Shown piece after piece: positions 21,303 to 31,325 of a stretch of DNA of 64,000 bases (the stretch's first letter is position 1; each line of letters starts with the position of its first letter). Under the pieces are notes generated by a model. The model saw only the letters and a program-made list of their open reading frames with translations. It was not told the DNA's origin and made no database searches. The stretch comes from Terriglobales bacterium (lineage in GTDB: Bacteria > Acidobacteriota > Terriglobia > Terriglobales > SCQP01). The translations under genes and the position numbers were made by a program. Where the stretch lies: positions 2,579 through 66,578 of the forward strand of contig DATNED010000158.1 of the NCBI GenBank assembly GCA_035553115.1, read 5' to 3'.

Positions 21303-22307
21303 ATGGATAGCCTCACGCATTCGCTGGTCGGGGTGGCGCTCTCGCGCGCCTTCTTCAAGAAGCGGATGGTGTATGCCACCACCGCCGCGGTGATCGCGGC
21401 GAATTTGCCTGATCTCGACGTGGTTTATAGTTGGCCGGGCATCCGCTACCTCGAGTACCATCGCGGTCTGCTGCACTCGGTCTGGATGCTGCCGGTCTGG
21501 GCCGTGCTCGTCGCGCTGGGGCTGCGCTGGGTGGCGCGCCGCCGCGGGGTCGAGGTACCCGCTCTGTGGCTGGGCTTTGCCCTCGGAGTCGTCTGCGTGG
21601 GTTCGCACCTGCTGTTGGATTGGAGCAACGCCTACGGCGTGCGCCTGCTCGCGCCTTTCAATGAGCGCTGGTTTGCGCTCGATTGGCTGCCGCTGCTCGA
21701 TCCCTGGATTTACCTGATTCTGCTGTCGTTCCTCCTGTTCCCGATGATGCTGGGCCTGATCACCAGCGAGGTGGGCTCGAAAAAAAAGAACCCGCACCGG
21801 CTGAGTGCGGCACTGGCGCTGCTGCTGGTGCTGGGATGGGTGGGGCTGCGCGCGCGCCAGCACGATGCCGCGCTCGATCTGCTCAACGCCCCGAATATTG
21901 CTGGCATGTATGCTGGCCAGCAGCCGAACGACTGGTCGGCGCTGCCCAACCCCTCGACGCCGTTCGACTGGCAGGCGGTGGTGGACTTGCCGCGGAATTA
22001 TCTGATCGCCGACGTGCAGTCGCCTTGGAGCGAAGACCGAGGCCTGGTCACCCCGATCCGCAGCTTCATCAAGCCGCCCATGACCTCCGCCATTGGAGCC
22101 GCCGAGGGAACTCGCACCGCCGGCATTTTCCTCTGGTTCGCGCGCTATCCTTACGCGGCCGAGGAGGAGCAGGGAAGCGACAGCCGCGTGCTCCTCTCCG
22201 ACATGCGTTTCGCCCAGGGCGCCGTGCGCCCGACCACGCACGTCGAGGTGATCCTCAGCGACAGTGGCCAGGTCATCCGCGAAGGCTTCGGCTGGCGCCG
22301 GCCGTAG
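21303..22307 (+). CDS. Membrane-bound metal-dependent hydrolase (YdjM/DUF457-like)
   Basis: 334 aa from MDSLTHSLVGVALSRAFF. Several TMs are followed by a soluble C-terminal domain. TGGTATGCT extended -10 lies 12 nt upstream. Confidence 0.7.
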   Translation: MDSLTHSLVGVALSRAFFKKRMVYATTAAVIAANLPDLDVVYSWPGIRYLEYHRGLLHSVWMLPVWAVLVALGLRWVARRRGVEVPALWLGFALGVVCVGSHLLLDWSNAYGVRLLAPFNERWFALDWLPLLDPWIYLILLSFLLFPMMLGLITSEVGSKKKNPHRLSAALALLLVLGWVGLRARQHDAALDLLNAPNIAGMYAGQQPNDWSALPNPSTPFDWQAVVDLPRNYLIADVQSPWSEDRGLVTPIRSFIKPPMTSAIGAAEGTRTAGIFLWFARYPYAAEEEQGSDSRVLLSDMRFAQGAVRPTTHVEVILSDSGQVIREGFGWRRP

Positions 22308-22321
22308 CCGCCGCCCATCGC

Positions 22322-23614
22322 CTACTGTCCGCCCTGCTTGCCGCCCTCGGGGCTGTAGCCCTTGATCGTGCCTTGGTCCATGGTGAGCAGAAAGGGCACG
22401 TTGGCGTCCGGCGGATTGGGCTTGAACGAGGCCGCCGCCCCGCTGATCGTGACTTTTTCGCCCACTTTGGGACGCTTGGTCGTCAGGGGCGTGAACAGCA
22501 GCAGATGCACGTCAGGAGTAGGACTGGCGTCCGTGTCCTTGGCGCCGACGGCGACATCCACGGATTTCGCGGTGACCGCCGTCACGATGCCGTCGAGTTC
22601 GTAGCCTTGGCCCTTGACCTGCTTCCATTCGTCTGCGGCAAGCTCGGGGCGTTTCAGGCGGGCCTCGATGCCCGGGAAACTGTCGGGCGGGGGAAGCTGA
22701 TTCTTTTGCTTCTCCAACGCCGCTTGGTACGCCGCCATGTTGGCCGCGTTCAGGCGGTCAACTTTGGAAGGAATATTGAAGCCTTGGGGTGGCGTCGCGT
22801 TATTGGTCGCGGCCGTGATCACGTCTTGAAGACCGTCGGTGCCGCCGGTATAGGTGGTGTAGACGGTGTTCAAATAGCTGGAGATCGCCTGCGTTCCGGG
22901 CGAGAGCACGCTGGCTTTGGCCAAGTCGAACAGGCCGGCATTGAAGTCGGGCGTGGGCTTGCTCACCGCGGCTATGCCCATCCAGTAGTAGGAAAGCGCG
23001 TCCTTCGGGTTGGCTTGCACGGCCTTGGTGAGGGTCGCGATGGCGCCGTCGTAATTCTTCGTGTTGAGCTGCGCGAATCCCTGCGCCTTGGTGAGGATGG
23101 GCGAGTACTGCGCCTGCTGGGCTGCAGTGCCGCTCGAGAGCAGTTGCTGACCGCAGGTAGCGGCTTGGCTCAGCGTAGCCATATCGGCGGCAAGGTTCGG
23201 GTCATTGGCCTGGGAGATGTTGGGCTCGACGTAGGCGATCAGCACGTACCCCGAAAGGAGCTGGTCCGCGGTGACGCCTTGGGACTTGATCAACTCCTCC
23301 GCGGTCTTGACCGCGCCAGCCTGCTGCGCCGGAATCTGCGACTCGGCACCCATCTCGGTTTGGAGCGCTGTGGCCTTGTAGTCCGAGTCCGGGTACTTCT
23401 GCACGAAATCGGCGGCCAACTTGGCCTTTTGCGCCGGATCGGTGGCCTTGGTCGCGGCGAGGAGGTCGTTGTACTCAGGCTGTCCGTGCTTCCAACTGGG
23501 CTTCGCGACGGGGGAAGGGGCGGCGCAGGTGGCACCTTGAAAGGGGGCGGGCAGCGCGGCCCAGCCCGCGACCGCCAACAGTGCTACCGATACAGCAGTG
23601 GGGCACAGCTTCAT
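22322..23614 (-). CDS. Secreted TPR-like repeat protein (hypothetical)
   Basis: 430 aa with signal peptide MKLCPTAVSVALLAVAGWA and AAGGAGAG SD. TPR-like segments include NYDGAIATLTKAVQANPKDALSYYWMGIAA. Confidence 0.6.
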   Translation of the reverse strand: MKLCPTAVSVALLAVAGWAALPAPFQGATCAAPSPVAKPSWKHGQPEYNDLLAATKATDPAQKAKLAADFVQKYPDSDYKATALQTEMGAESQIPAQQAGAVKTAEELIKSQGVTADQLLSGYVLIAYVEPNISQANDPNLAADMATLSQAATCGQQLLSSGTAAQQAQYSPILTKAQGFAQLNTKNYDGAIATLTKAVQANPKDALSYYWMGIAAVSKPTPDFNAGLFDLAKASVLSPGTQAISSYLNTVYTTYTGGTDGLQDVITAATNNATPPQGFNIPSKVDRLNAANMAAYQAALEKQKNQLPPPDSFPGIEARLKRPELAADEWKQVKGQGYELDGIVTAVTAKSVDVAVGAKDTDASPTPDVHLLLFTPLTTKRPKVGEKVTISGAAASFKPNPPDANVPFLLTMDQGTIKGYSPEGGKQGGQ

Positions 23615-23807
23615 GATCTCTCCTTTGCGTCCATTGGCCTCGATGCGGCCTCGTGTCAGGTACGGGGTTCCAATCTAACGGCAGGATTATAAAATATTTG
23701 AGGCGCTCTGCGAGGCTCAATTTTTCGATAGCGCAACCATCATCTTTATCTTTGGATGCCCGTATCCCCCATCGGTCACAAGCGCTCCACTGTCTTTTGA
23801 GGCCACT

Positions 23808-24560
23808 ATGGCAGAAAATTCACCCCCTCCGCAAGCGGCTGGCCCACTACCCGCCGGAACCGTGGCCATGGTCACCGGTGCCAGCACTGGCATCGGCAGG
23901 GCGATCGCGCTCCAACTCGCCGGTATGGGCGCAATTGTCGTAGTTGCGGCCCGAAACCCGGGTGCGCTGGCCGCTCTGGCCGCTGAAATCCAAGCTGCAG
24001 GTGGCCGGGCGCTGACATGCCCAACCGATGTGCGCTCGCAGGCGGCGGTCGAGGCCCTCGCCCAAACCACGCTGGGCCACTTCGGCCATGTGGACATCCT
24101 CGTCAACAATGCCGGCATTGGCCGATTCGGCACGCCCCTGCATCAGACCCCGCCGGATGCGTGGCATGCGACCTTCGAGACCAACCTCGACAGCGTCTAT
24201 TATGCCCTCCGCGCCTTGGTCCCGCACATGATCGAACGCGGTTCCGGACACATCATCAATATCGTCTCGCTGGCCGCTCACAATCCCATGCCCAACGGAG
24301 CGGCCTACGCCGCCAGCAAGGGCGCTCTCCATCAGCTCACGGTCGCGGTGGCGGAGGAACTGCGCGGCCATGGCATTCGCGTGAGCATGATCTGCCCCGG
24401 CTCGGTGGACACCGATCTTTCCTCCGATCTCGTCGGCGGCAAGGATCGCAGCCGCATGCTGCGCCCCAACGACATTGCCCACGTCGTCGCCACGCTGGTC
24501 ACCCAAGCCGAGCAAAGCTTCATCAGCGAAGTGCTGATTCGGCCAACCCGGAAACCCTGA
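23808..24560 (+). CDS. SDR-family short-chain dehydrogenase/reductase
   Basis: 250 aa with TGASTGIGRAIA (TGxxxGxG), NNAG and YAASKGAL (YxxxK). Confidence 0.9.
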   Translation: MAENSPPPQAAGPLPAGTVAMVTGASTGIGRAIALQLAGMGAIVVVAARNPGALAALAAEIQAAGGRALTCPTDVRSQAAVEALAQTTLGHFGHVDILVNNAGIGRFGTPLHQTPPDAWHATFETNLDSVYYALRALVPHMIERGSGHIINIVSLAAHNPMPNGAAYAASKGALHQLTVAVAEELRGHGIRVSMICPGSVDTDLSSDLVGGKDRSRMLRPNDIAHVVATLVTQAEQSFISEVLIRPTRKP

Positions 24561-24600
24561 AAGTTGACAGTTCCTACTGGACAGGGGACAGTGGACTGCG

Positions 24601-25311
24601 GTGGCGATCCTGATCGGTATGGATGGCGGCGGTACCCGCACCCGCGTGGTTGCCAGGCGAATTGGCGGATCGGTGCAGGGGCCATGGGTATGCGGCGGCA
24701 GCAGCCTCAGCCGCCGAAGCCGCGCCCAAGTCGAAGCCGAGTTGCGCGCCGGCGTGGCGGCAGCGTTGCGCGCCGATGAGCTTGGCGATGTCGCAGCGGT
24801 CTGCGGTGGCTTTGCATCGGCCGGCGCGCACACGGTTGGATACGAAGACATTCTTCGCGGCATATTTCCCCGCGCGCGCGTGCTCGTGCTCACGGACGCC
24901 GAGTTGGCGTGGCGCGGCGCCTTCGGAGGCAGCGACGGCATCGTCGTCATTTCGGGCACCGGCTCGATCGCATGGGGCCGTCGCAACCGTGCCCAAGCGC
25001 GCGCCGGCGGCTTCGGCCCCGGCCGCGACCTCGGCAGCGGAGATTGGCTGGCGATCCACCAAGGTCCGCAGCATTATCGGCAAGCCGGCCGCGACTTGGC
25101 GAGCTTGGTGCGCATCGTCGCCCAACAACTGGATTGGCTCGAACCTCGCGTCTGCGCCGTGGGCGGCGTGATCGAATCGGTGCCCGAGGTCCGAAGCGCG
25201 CTGGCAGCATCCATCCCTTGGCGGCTCGAGGCCCCACTCGCCTCGGCAACGACCGCAGCCCTGGACCTGGCTCAGTCCTTGCTGACTCCCAACCATGCTG
25301 CACCCGCTTGA
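24601..25311 (+). CDS. BadF/BadG/BcrA/BcrD-type ATPase (N-acetylglucosamine-kinase-like)
   Basis: 236 aa with GTG start. Motifs ILIGMDGGGTRTRVV, VISGTGSIAWG and GPGRDLGSGDWLA are present. Shorter than typical family members. Confidence 0.65.
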   Translation: MAILIGMDGGGTRTRVVARRIGGSVQGPWVCGGSSLSRRSRAQVEAELRAGVAAALRADELGDVAAVCGGFASAGAHTVGYEDILRGIFPRARVLVLTDAELAWRGAFGGSDGIVVISGTGSIAWGRRNRAQARAGGFGPGRDLGSGDWLAIHQGPQHYRQAGRDLASLVRIVAQQLDWLEPRVCAVGGVIESVPEVRSALAASIPWRLEAPLASATTAALDLAQSLLTPNHAAPA

Positions 25312-26785
25312 TCTGATTGTCATCATCGTCTACCTCGCCGCCATCACCGCCTTTGGCGTCTGGCTGCGGCGGCCGCAGCCTTCGCTGCGCGACTACTTCC
25401 TCGCTGGCGGCGAGCTGCCTTGGTGGGCGATATCGTTTTCGATTGTTGCGGCCGAGACCAGCGTGCTCACCATCATCAGCACTCCTGGCCTTGCCTTCGG
25501 CGGTGATTTCGGTTTTTTGCAGTTGGTATTCGGGTATCTGGTCGCGCGCGTGCTGATTGCCCTGATCCTGATCCCGGCGTACTTCCGCGGCAAGCTGCTG
25601 ACGGCGTACCAATTGCTTGAGCGGCGCTTCGGCGTGCGCGCCAAAACGCTTGCCGGCCTGATTTTCTTGGTTGGACGGTCGCTGGCCGAGGGCGTGCGCG
25701 TCTACGCGGTGGCGATCGTCATTGAGGTCCTCTTGGATGCGCTGCCGCCGTCCTGGCACCTGCATTTGAGTCCGGGCGCCGTGCTGGTGGGCATCGCGGC
25801 GCTGACGCTGGTGTACACCTTCGAGGGCGGATTGCGGGCCGTGGTCTGGACCGACTTCATTCAGATTTGCATTTACATGGCCGGCGCGATCCTGAGCTTG
25901 GTGCTGCTGCTGCGCGCAGTTCCCGGCGGCTGGCCTCAAGTTGCGGCCATCGCGGCCAGCCACGGCGGAAAGCTGCAGGTCTTCCACTTCAATTTTTCCT
26001 GGACCCAGCCCTATACCTTTTGGTCGGGATTGCTGGGCGGCACCTTCCTGACCATGGCGACCCATGGCACCGACCAGTTGATGGTCCAGCGGTTGCTGGC
26101 CGCGCGCAGCCAGCGCGAGAGCACCTGGGCGCTGCTCTCGAGTTGGGTCGTGATTTTCTTTCAATTCAGCCTCTTCTTGCTGATTGGGGTGGCGCTGTTC
26201 GCGTTTTACCAGACGCATGCGCTGCATCTGTCGGCCGGCGCATTCGGCCGTCTGGATCGGCTCTATCCGCAATTCGTCGCGCTGCATCTGCCGGCGGGGG
26301 TGGCGGGGCTGGTGCTGGCGGCGATCCTGGCGGCCTCGATGTCGAACTTGAGCGCTGCGCTGAACGCCTTGAGCTCGAGCACGGTGGTGGATTTCTACCG
26401 TCCGTTTCTGGCGCCTGCGCGCGATGACCGCCACTATCTCTGGGTGTCGCGCGTGGCGACGGTGGGCTGGATGCTGGTGATGGGCGCGGTGGCGTACGCC
26501 AGCCGCCACTCGCATTCCGTGCTGGAGTCCGGGCTGGCAATCATTTCGTACCCGTTCAGCGGATTGCTCGGCGTCTTCCTGCTGGGCACGCTCACGCGCC
26601 GCGCCAACGAGATCGGAGCGATCATTGGGTTGATCGTCGGCGTGGCCACCACGCTGGCGCTCTCGCATTTCGGCGTCGCCTACACCTGGTTCGCGGTCGC
26701 AGGAACCCTCGTCACCTTCGGGGTGGGGTATCTTATCAGTGCGCTGACCCGATCGCACGCTCGCTCCGGAATGGCAGGCGCATGA
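25295..26785 (+). CDS. Sodium:solute symporter (SSS family)
   Basis: 496 aa and polytopic. DYFLAGGELPWWAISFSIVAAETSVLTIISTPG is typical of the SSS N-terminus. Confidence 0.85.
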   Translation: MLHPLDLIVIIVYLAAITAFGVWLRRPQPSLRDYFLAGGELPWWAISFSIVAAETSVLTIISTPGLAFGGDFGFLQLVFGYLVARVLIALILIPAYFRGKLLTAYQLLERRFGVRAKTLAGLIFLVGRSLAEGVRVYAVAIVIEVLLDALPPSWHLHLSPGAVLVGIAALTLVYTFEGGLRAVVWTDFIQICIYMAGAILSLVLLLRAVPGGWPQVAAIAASHGGKLQVFHFNFSWTQPYTFWSGLLGGTFLTMATHGTDQLMVQRLLAARSQRESTWALLSSWVVIFFQFSLFLLIGVALFAFYQTHALHLSAGAFGRLDRLYPQFVALHLPAGVAGLVLAAILAASMSNLSAALNALSSSTVVDFYRPFLAPARDDRHYLWVSRVATVGWMLVMGAVAYASRHSHSVLESGLAIISYPFSGLLGVFLLGTLTRRANEIGAIIGLIVGVATTLALSHFGVAYTWFAVAGTLVTFGVGYLISALTRSHARSGMAGA

Positions 26786-28149
26786 GCTCTCCCACCGTTA
26801 CTTCTTCCCGCTCGAGCGATGGCCTGGTCCGCGCGCTCGGGCCGTTCCAGAGCACCGCCATGGTGGTGGGCACGCTCATTGGGACTGGAATCTTTTTCGT
26901 CTCCAGCGACATGATCCGGGCGGTGCATAGCATCGCCTGGATCATGGTCGCCTGGGTGGTGGGCGGCTTCCTCTCGCTGGCGGGCGCGCTGGCGTACGCG
27001 GAGCTGGGCGCGCTGCGGCCGCAGGCGGGCGGGGAATATGTGTATCTCCGCGACGGACTGGGGCCGCTGTTCGGATTCTTCTTCGGCTGGGGCATGTTTT
27101 GGATCGTGCGCCCGGCTTCCGTGGCGACCATTGGCGCGGGCTTCGCGCTGGCGGCGAAATTTCTTTGGCCCGCGCTGGCGCAGCCGCTCATTCCCGGCTG
27201 GACGGCGCTCAGCGGCCAGCATGTGCTGGGCGCGGGCGTGATCGCGCTGGTCACCGCCATCAACTACTTCGGCGTCCGCTACGGCGGCAGCGTGCAGGCG
27301 GTGTTCACCGCGCTCAAGCTTCTGCTGGTCGCGGTCTTGACCATCGCCGCCTTCGCGTGGGGGCAGGGAAGTTGGTCGCACATGAGCCAGAGCCTGCCGG
27401 GGACCGTGGGCGCGGGCGGCTTTGCCGCGGCGCTGGTGTCGGCGCTGTGGGCCTACGACGGCTGGAGCGACCTCACCCTGGCCGGCAGCGAGATTCGCGA
27501 CCCTGGGCGCACGATTCCGCGCGCCATGGTGGGCGGCATCGCGATTGTGTTCTTGTTTTATGCGGGCATCAACCTGGCCTATTTTTACATTTTGAAGCCC
27601 GCCGAGATCGCGGCCAGCGACAATGTCGCCTCCAGCGTGGCGGCCCGGCTGATCGGCCACAGCGGCGGCGCGTTCGTTGCGGTGGCGATCATGGTCTCGG
27701 CCTTCGCGACGCTCAATAGCTCGATTCTCTCGGGCGCGCGAGTGCCGTTCGCGATGGCGCACGACCGGCTGTTTTTCCGCGCCTTGGCGCACGTGCATCC
27801 GCAGCACCGCACGCCCGATGTCTCGTTGTTGATTCAGGCGCTGTTCGCCATGGGCTTTTCGCTGACCGGCACCTACCAAACACTGTATACGCTGACGATC
27901 TTCGCCGAATGGCTTTTCTACATGCTGGCGACCGCCTCGCTGTTCGTGTTCCGCCGGCGTGGCGAGCGCGGCCCCTACTCGGGGTCGGGATACCCGGTGC
28001 TTCCCGGCATCTTCGTCGTCCTGGCGGCGGTCTTGCTGGGCGTGACGTTTTGGCAGAATCTCGGATATTCGAGCCTCGGCCTCGCGATCATCCTGGCGGG
28101 CGCGCCGGCGTACGTCTATTTTTCGCGCCGGCGCGCGCGCCAAGTCTAG
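26782..28149 (+). CDS. Amino acid permease (APC superfamily)
   Basis: 455 aa with about 12 TMs. VGTLIGTGIFFVSSDM and WAYDGWSDLT are APC motifs. ATGA overlap with the symporter. Confidence 0.85.
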   Translation: MSSPTVTSSRSSDGLVRALGPFQSTAMVVGTLIGTGIFFVSSDMIRAVHSIAWIMVAWVVGGFLSLAGALAYAELGALRPQAGGEYVYLRDGLGPLFGFFFGWGMFWIVRPASVATIGAGFALAAKFLWPALAQPLIPGWTALSGQHVLGAGVIALVTAINYFGVRYGGSVQAVFTALKLLLVAVLTIAAFAWGQGSWSHMSQSLPGTVGAGGFAAALVSALWAYDGWSDLTLAGSEIRDPGRTIPRAMVGGIAIVFLFYAGINLAYFYILKPAEIAASDNVASSVAARLIGHSGGAFVAVAIMVSAFATLNSSILSGARVPFAMAHDRLFFRALAHVHPQHRTPDVSLLIQALFAMGFSLTGTYQTLYTLTIFAEWLFYMLATASLFVFRRRGERGPYSGSGYPVLPGIFVVLAAVLLGVTFWQNLGYSSLGLAIILAGAPAYVYFSRRRARQV

Positions 28150-29588
28150 CCCCCGACGCCTGCGGTCAATTCTGCCGGCGTTTCCCGCCGGCCGACGCGC
28201 TGCGCGGGCGCCGGAGCAATCGGCAAGGCGCAGTAGAAGGTGCTGCCGGCGCGCGTGCCGCTCTCCGCCCAGATGCGCCCGCCCATGCGGTTGATGATCT
28301 CGCGCGAGATGGCCAGGCCGAGGCCCGTGCCGGTGGGCTTGTCGGTCAACGTATTCCCGTGCTGGTGGAACTTGTCGAAGATGCGCTCCAGCTCGGATCC
28401 CGGGATGCCGATGCCGGAGTCGGCGACGTACACCACCACCTCGTCGGAGCGCGCCAGCGCGCCCACCTGAATCCGGCCCACATCGGTGAACTTGACCGCG
28501 TTGCTGATCAAATTGGCGAATACCTGCAGCAGCCGATCCGGGTCGGCCTGCACCGGCGGCACGTCGTCGCCGATCAGATTCTCGAGTTCCAGGCCCTTCT
28601 GCGAGGCCACGACTTGCATCACATCCACCGATTGCCGCGCCAAATCGCCGAGATGCACGGGCTGGCTGCGCCATTCCATCTTGCCCGCTTCGATCTTGGC
28701 CAGATCAAGAACGTCGTTGATCAGCCGCGTCAGGCGCTCGCTCTCGCTGCAGATGATTTCCAGGAATTCTTCCCGCGTGGCGAACTCGGTGTCGGGGTAA
28801 TTCAGCAAGATCTCCGAGAACGAGCGGATCGAGGTGAGCGGGGTGCGCAGCTCATGGCTGACGTTGGCAAGGAAGCTGCTCTTGAGCTCGTTCAATCGCA
28901 TCAGGTCGGCATTGGCGCGGCGCAGCTCCTGGCTGGCGCGTTCGAGGTCGTCGGTGCGGCGCGCGACCATCTCCTCCAGGTGATCGCGGTGCAGGCGGAG
29001 TTCCTGGGTGGCGAGGTTGAGGTCGCGGTTGGCGGTTTGCAGCGCCTCGCCTTGGCGATTGAGCATGAGCGAAAACTGGGCGGCGGTGAGCCCGATCAGC
29101 CCGAAGCCGGCGAGCGCGGCAACGCCCAGGACGGCCAGTTGCCAGTCGGCGCCGCCGGCGGCGCTCTCCAGGCGCTCGACCAGGAGCAGGCTGGCGAAGC
29201 ACGCTCCGGCCACGGCATAGACCGACAGCGCCAAACGCCGCGGGAGCACCATGCTGGCGTAGAGCACCGCCACCTCATAGAACAGCAGCGCCAGCCAGAC
29301 GGCTGCGCCCGAAGCCAGCGCCAGCAGCGTAATCAAGGCCAATTCCGAGACGAAGTAGCCGTACTCGATGCGGTTGAGCCAGCCTTCATCGGCCGCGGCG
29401 CCGCTGAACTGCACGAACCCCCAGGCCAGCACGAACCAAGCTCCCAGCCAGCCCAGCTCGGAGGCCGTAACCGGCCAGCCCAGCACCCGCGCCGACACCG
29501 CCAGCACCAGCAGCGCGCCCAAGGCGAGCTCCCGGTATTGGTTAATGTACGCCAGCCGCAGTCGCGCTTCGCCGATTCCGAGCCGCAT
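28146..29588 (-). CDS. Membrane sensor histidine kinase
   Basis: 480 aa with an N-terminal multi-TM domain and a coiled coil. H-box FLANVSHELRTPLTSI, N box LISNAVKF, G boxes DSGIGI and GTGLGLAISREI. Confidence 0.9.
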   Translation of the reverse strand: MRLGIGEARLRLAYINQYRELALGALLVLAVSARVLGWPVTASELGWLGAWFVLAWGFVQFSGAAADEGWLNRIEYGYFVSELALITLLALASGAAVWLALLFYEVAVLYASMVLPRRLALSVYAVAGACFASLLLVERLESAAGGADWQLAVLGVAALAGFGLIGLTAAQFSLMLNRQGEALQTANRDLNLATQELRLHRDHLEEMVARRTDDLERASQELRRANADLMRLNELKSSFLANVSHELRTPLTSIRSFSEILLNYPDTEFATREEFLEIICSESERLTRLINDVLDLAKIEAGKMEWRSQPVHLGDLARQSVDVMQVVASQKGLELENLIGDDVPPVQADPDRLLQVFANLISNAVKFTDVGRIQVGALARSDEVVVYVADSGIGIPGSELERIFDKFHQHGNTLTDKPTGTGLGLAISREIINRMGGRIWAESGTRAGSTFYCALPIAPAPAQRVGRRETPAELTAGVGG

Positions 29589-29603
29589 GGGATTCGCCTG
29601 CTT

Positions 29604-30407
29604 CTAGCCCTCTTGATTCGGATCGCGGACGCGGTATCCCACGCCGTAGATGGCCTCCAGCCAATCGGCGGGCTCGCCCAGCTGGTCGTAGAGCTTGACC
29701 TTGAGGCGGTTGATGTGCGCGTCCACGGCTCGGTGGTATCCATCGTAGGAGAAGCCCCAAGCCTGCGCCAGCAGGTATTCGCGCGGGAAGACCCGGCCCG
29801 GCGAGCCCATCAGGATTTTCAGCAGTCCCATCTCCTTGGGCGTGAGCCGCACGATGACTTCCCCGACCTTCAATTGGTACCGCTCCGGATCGAGCGTGAC
29901 CCCGCCGACTTCGATCAATTCGCTCGCCGCTTCCGCCGCAGTGCGGCGGCGCAAGGCGCGGATGCGGGCTTCGAGTTCAGCCGGGCTGAAGGGCTTGGCC
30001 AAATAATCGTCCGCGCCGAATTCCAGGCCGGTGATCTTGTCCAGGTCCGATCCGCGGGCGGAGATCAAGATGATGGCTTGGTCGCGGCGGGCGGCGCGCA
30101 ATTGCTTGCAGAGGCTGAGGCCGTCCAGGCGGGGCAGCATGACGTCCAGCACGACCACGGTGAAGCGGTTGCGCAGCGCTTCTTCCAGTCCCGACTCGCC
30201 GTCGAAGTGACTGGTGACCTTGTAGCCTTGGCGTTGGAGCTGGTAGCTGAGGCTGCGCTGGATGTTGCGGTCGTCTTCGACCAGCAGCACCGAGCCCGCG
30301 CGGGACCCGGCGCGTTCGTCCTCGCCTGCGGCTATGCCCGCCTCCGCCGTGTCCGCCGGCGGCGGCGGCGGAGGCTCGGGCTCCGGGATCGAAAAAAACT
30401 CCAGCAT
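29604..30407 (-). CDS. OmpR/PhoB-family response regulator
   Basis: I start at MLEFFSIPEPEPPPP (30407). Receiver domain (VLLVEDD...VVLDVMLPRLDG) plus winged-helix output (VRLTPKEMGLLKILM...GVGYRV). Confidence 0.9.
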   Translation of the reverse strand: MLEFFSIPEPEPPPPPPADTAEAGIAAGEDERAGSRAGSVLLVEDDRNIQRSLSYQLQRQGYKVTSHFDGESGLEEALRNRFTVVVLDVMLPRLDGLSLCKQLRAARRDQAIILISARGSDLDKITGLEFGADDYLAKPFSPAELEARIRALRRRTAAEAASELIEVGGVTLDPERYQLKVGEVIVRLTPKEMGLLKILMGSPGRVFPREYLLAQAWGFSYDGYHRAVDAHINRLKVKLYDQLGEPADWLEAIYGVGYRVRDPNQEG

Positions 30408-30449
30408 GACCGTGGCCCTCAACTCACCCAAACTGCACAGGACATGGTT

Positions 30450-30478
30450 AGAGTAGACCCCGCGGCACCGAGTTGCAA
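30450..30478 (-). promoter_or_regulatory. Candidate promoter of the response-regulator/histidine-kinase operon (TTGCAA-N17-TACTCT)
   Basis: Minus strand has TTGCAA (30478-30473), a 17-nt spacer and TACTCT (30455-30450), about 45 nt upstream of ATG 30407. Confidence 0.4.
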
Positions 30479-30497
30479 TTCCCACATTTGGGTCCAC

Positions 30498-31325
30498 TCA
30501 CAGGGAGGAATGTAAGGTAAGAAAGGCCAGCTCGGGGGGCGCTCCCACCCGCATCGGAACAATTACCTTTCCCAGGCCGCGGCTGACGTACATCTGCGTT
30601 CCGGCCAGGCTGAGAAAGCCCGCCGGCAGGAATTTTTGATACAGGGGCTCGGCAAACCCCAGCTTGATTTGACCGCCATGGGTGTGGCCCGAGAGGACCA
30701 GGTCCACCCCCAGCGCGGCGGCATCGGTCAAGGCCATCGGGTTGTGGGCCAGCAGCAGCGTGAAGCGCTCCGCGGTTGGGCCCAGCGCCGCTGCCAGGTC
30801 CGGGTGCTGGCGGCTGTCGTCCATGCCTGCGATCTGAAAGCTCGTTCCGCGGTAGCGCAACAGGCGGTGCTGGTTGCGCAGCACGCGCACGCCGTTGCGC
30901 CGCAGCGCGCGCGTCAGCGGCTCGGCGCCGGCGCGGAAATCATGGTTGCCGAGCACCGCGAACACGCCCAGCGGAGCCTCGAGCTGCTCCATCAGTTCGC
31001 CCACCGGCTCGATGAACGCCGGCGACTGGGTGACGAAATCGCCGGTGATGGCGATCAGATCCGGCCGCTGCGCCAGCGTCAGCGCGAACACGCGCTCGAG
31101 CGAGGAGCGCGAGAGGAACAGCCCGTAATGAATATCCGAAAGGTGCGCAATGCACAGGCCGTCGAGCGCGGCGGGAAGCCGCGGCAGCGCCAAATGGTGG
31201 AAGCTGATCTCCGGGTCCGGCGCCAGCGGGCGGCGCGAATGCAGCAGCTTCTGCACCCTTTGCCAGGATTGATGCCGCAGCAGGGTGCGCGCGCGCACGC
31301 CGCGTTTGGGGCGCCGCGACTTCAC
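30498..31325 (-). CDS. Calcineurin-like metallophosphoesterase
   Basis: Motifs LSDIHYG, ITGDFV, LGNHDF and GHTHGG. I start at GTG 31325, which forms a GTGA overlap with the upstream IMPase stop. The track's longer N terminus overlaps that gene. Confidence 0.8.
   Translation of the reverse strand: MKSRRPKRGVRARTLLRHQSWQRVQKLLHSRRPLAPDPEISFHHLALPRLPAALDGLCIAHLSDIHYGLFLSRSSLERVFALTLAQRPDLIAITGDFVTQSPAFIEPVGELMEQLEAPLGVFAVLGNHDFRAGAEPLTRALRRNGVRVLRNQHRLLRYRGTSFQIAGMDDSRQHPDLAAALGPTAERFTLLLAHNPMALTDAAALGVDLVLSGHTHGGQIKLGFAEPLYQKFLPAGFLSLAGTQMYVSRGLGKVIVPMRVGAPPELAFLTLHSSL

Noticed and set aside
24947-30515. Long ORFs 24947-26758(-), 26680-28674(-) and 27909-30515(+)
   Set aside because: Each is antisense or out of frame to clearly identified transporter, kinase and regulator genes. 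All are Arg/Gly/His-rich run-ons.
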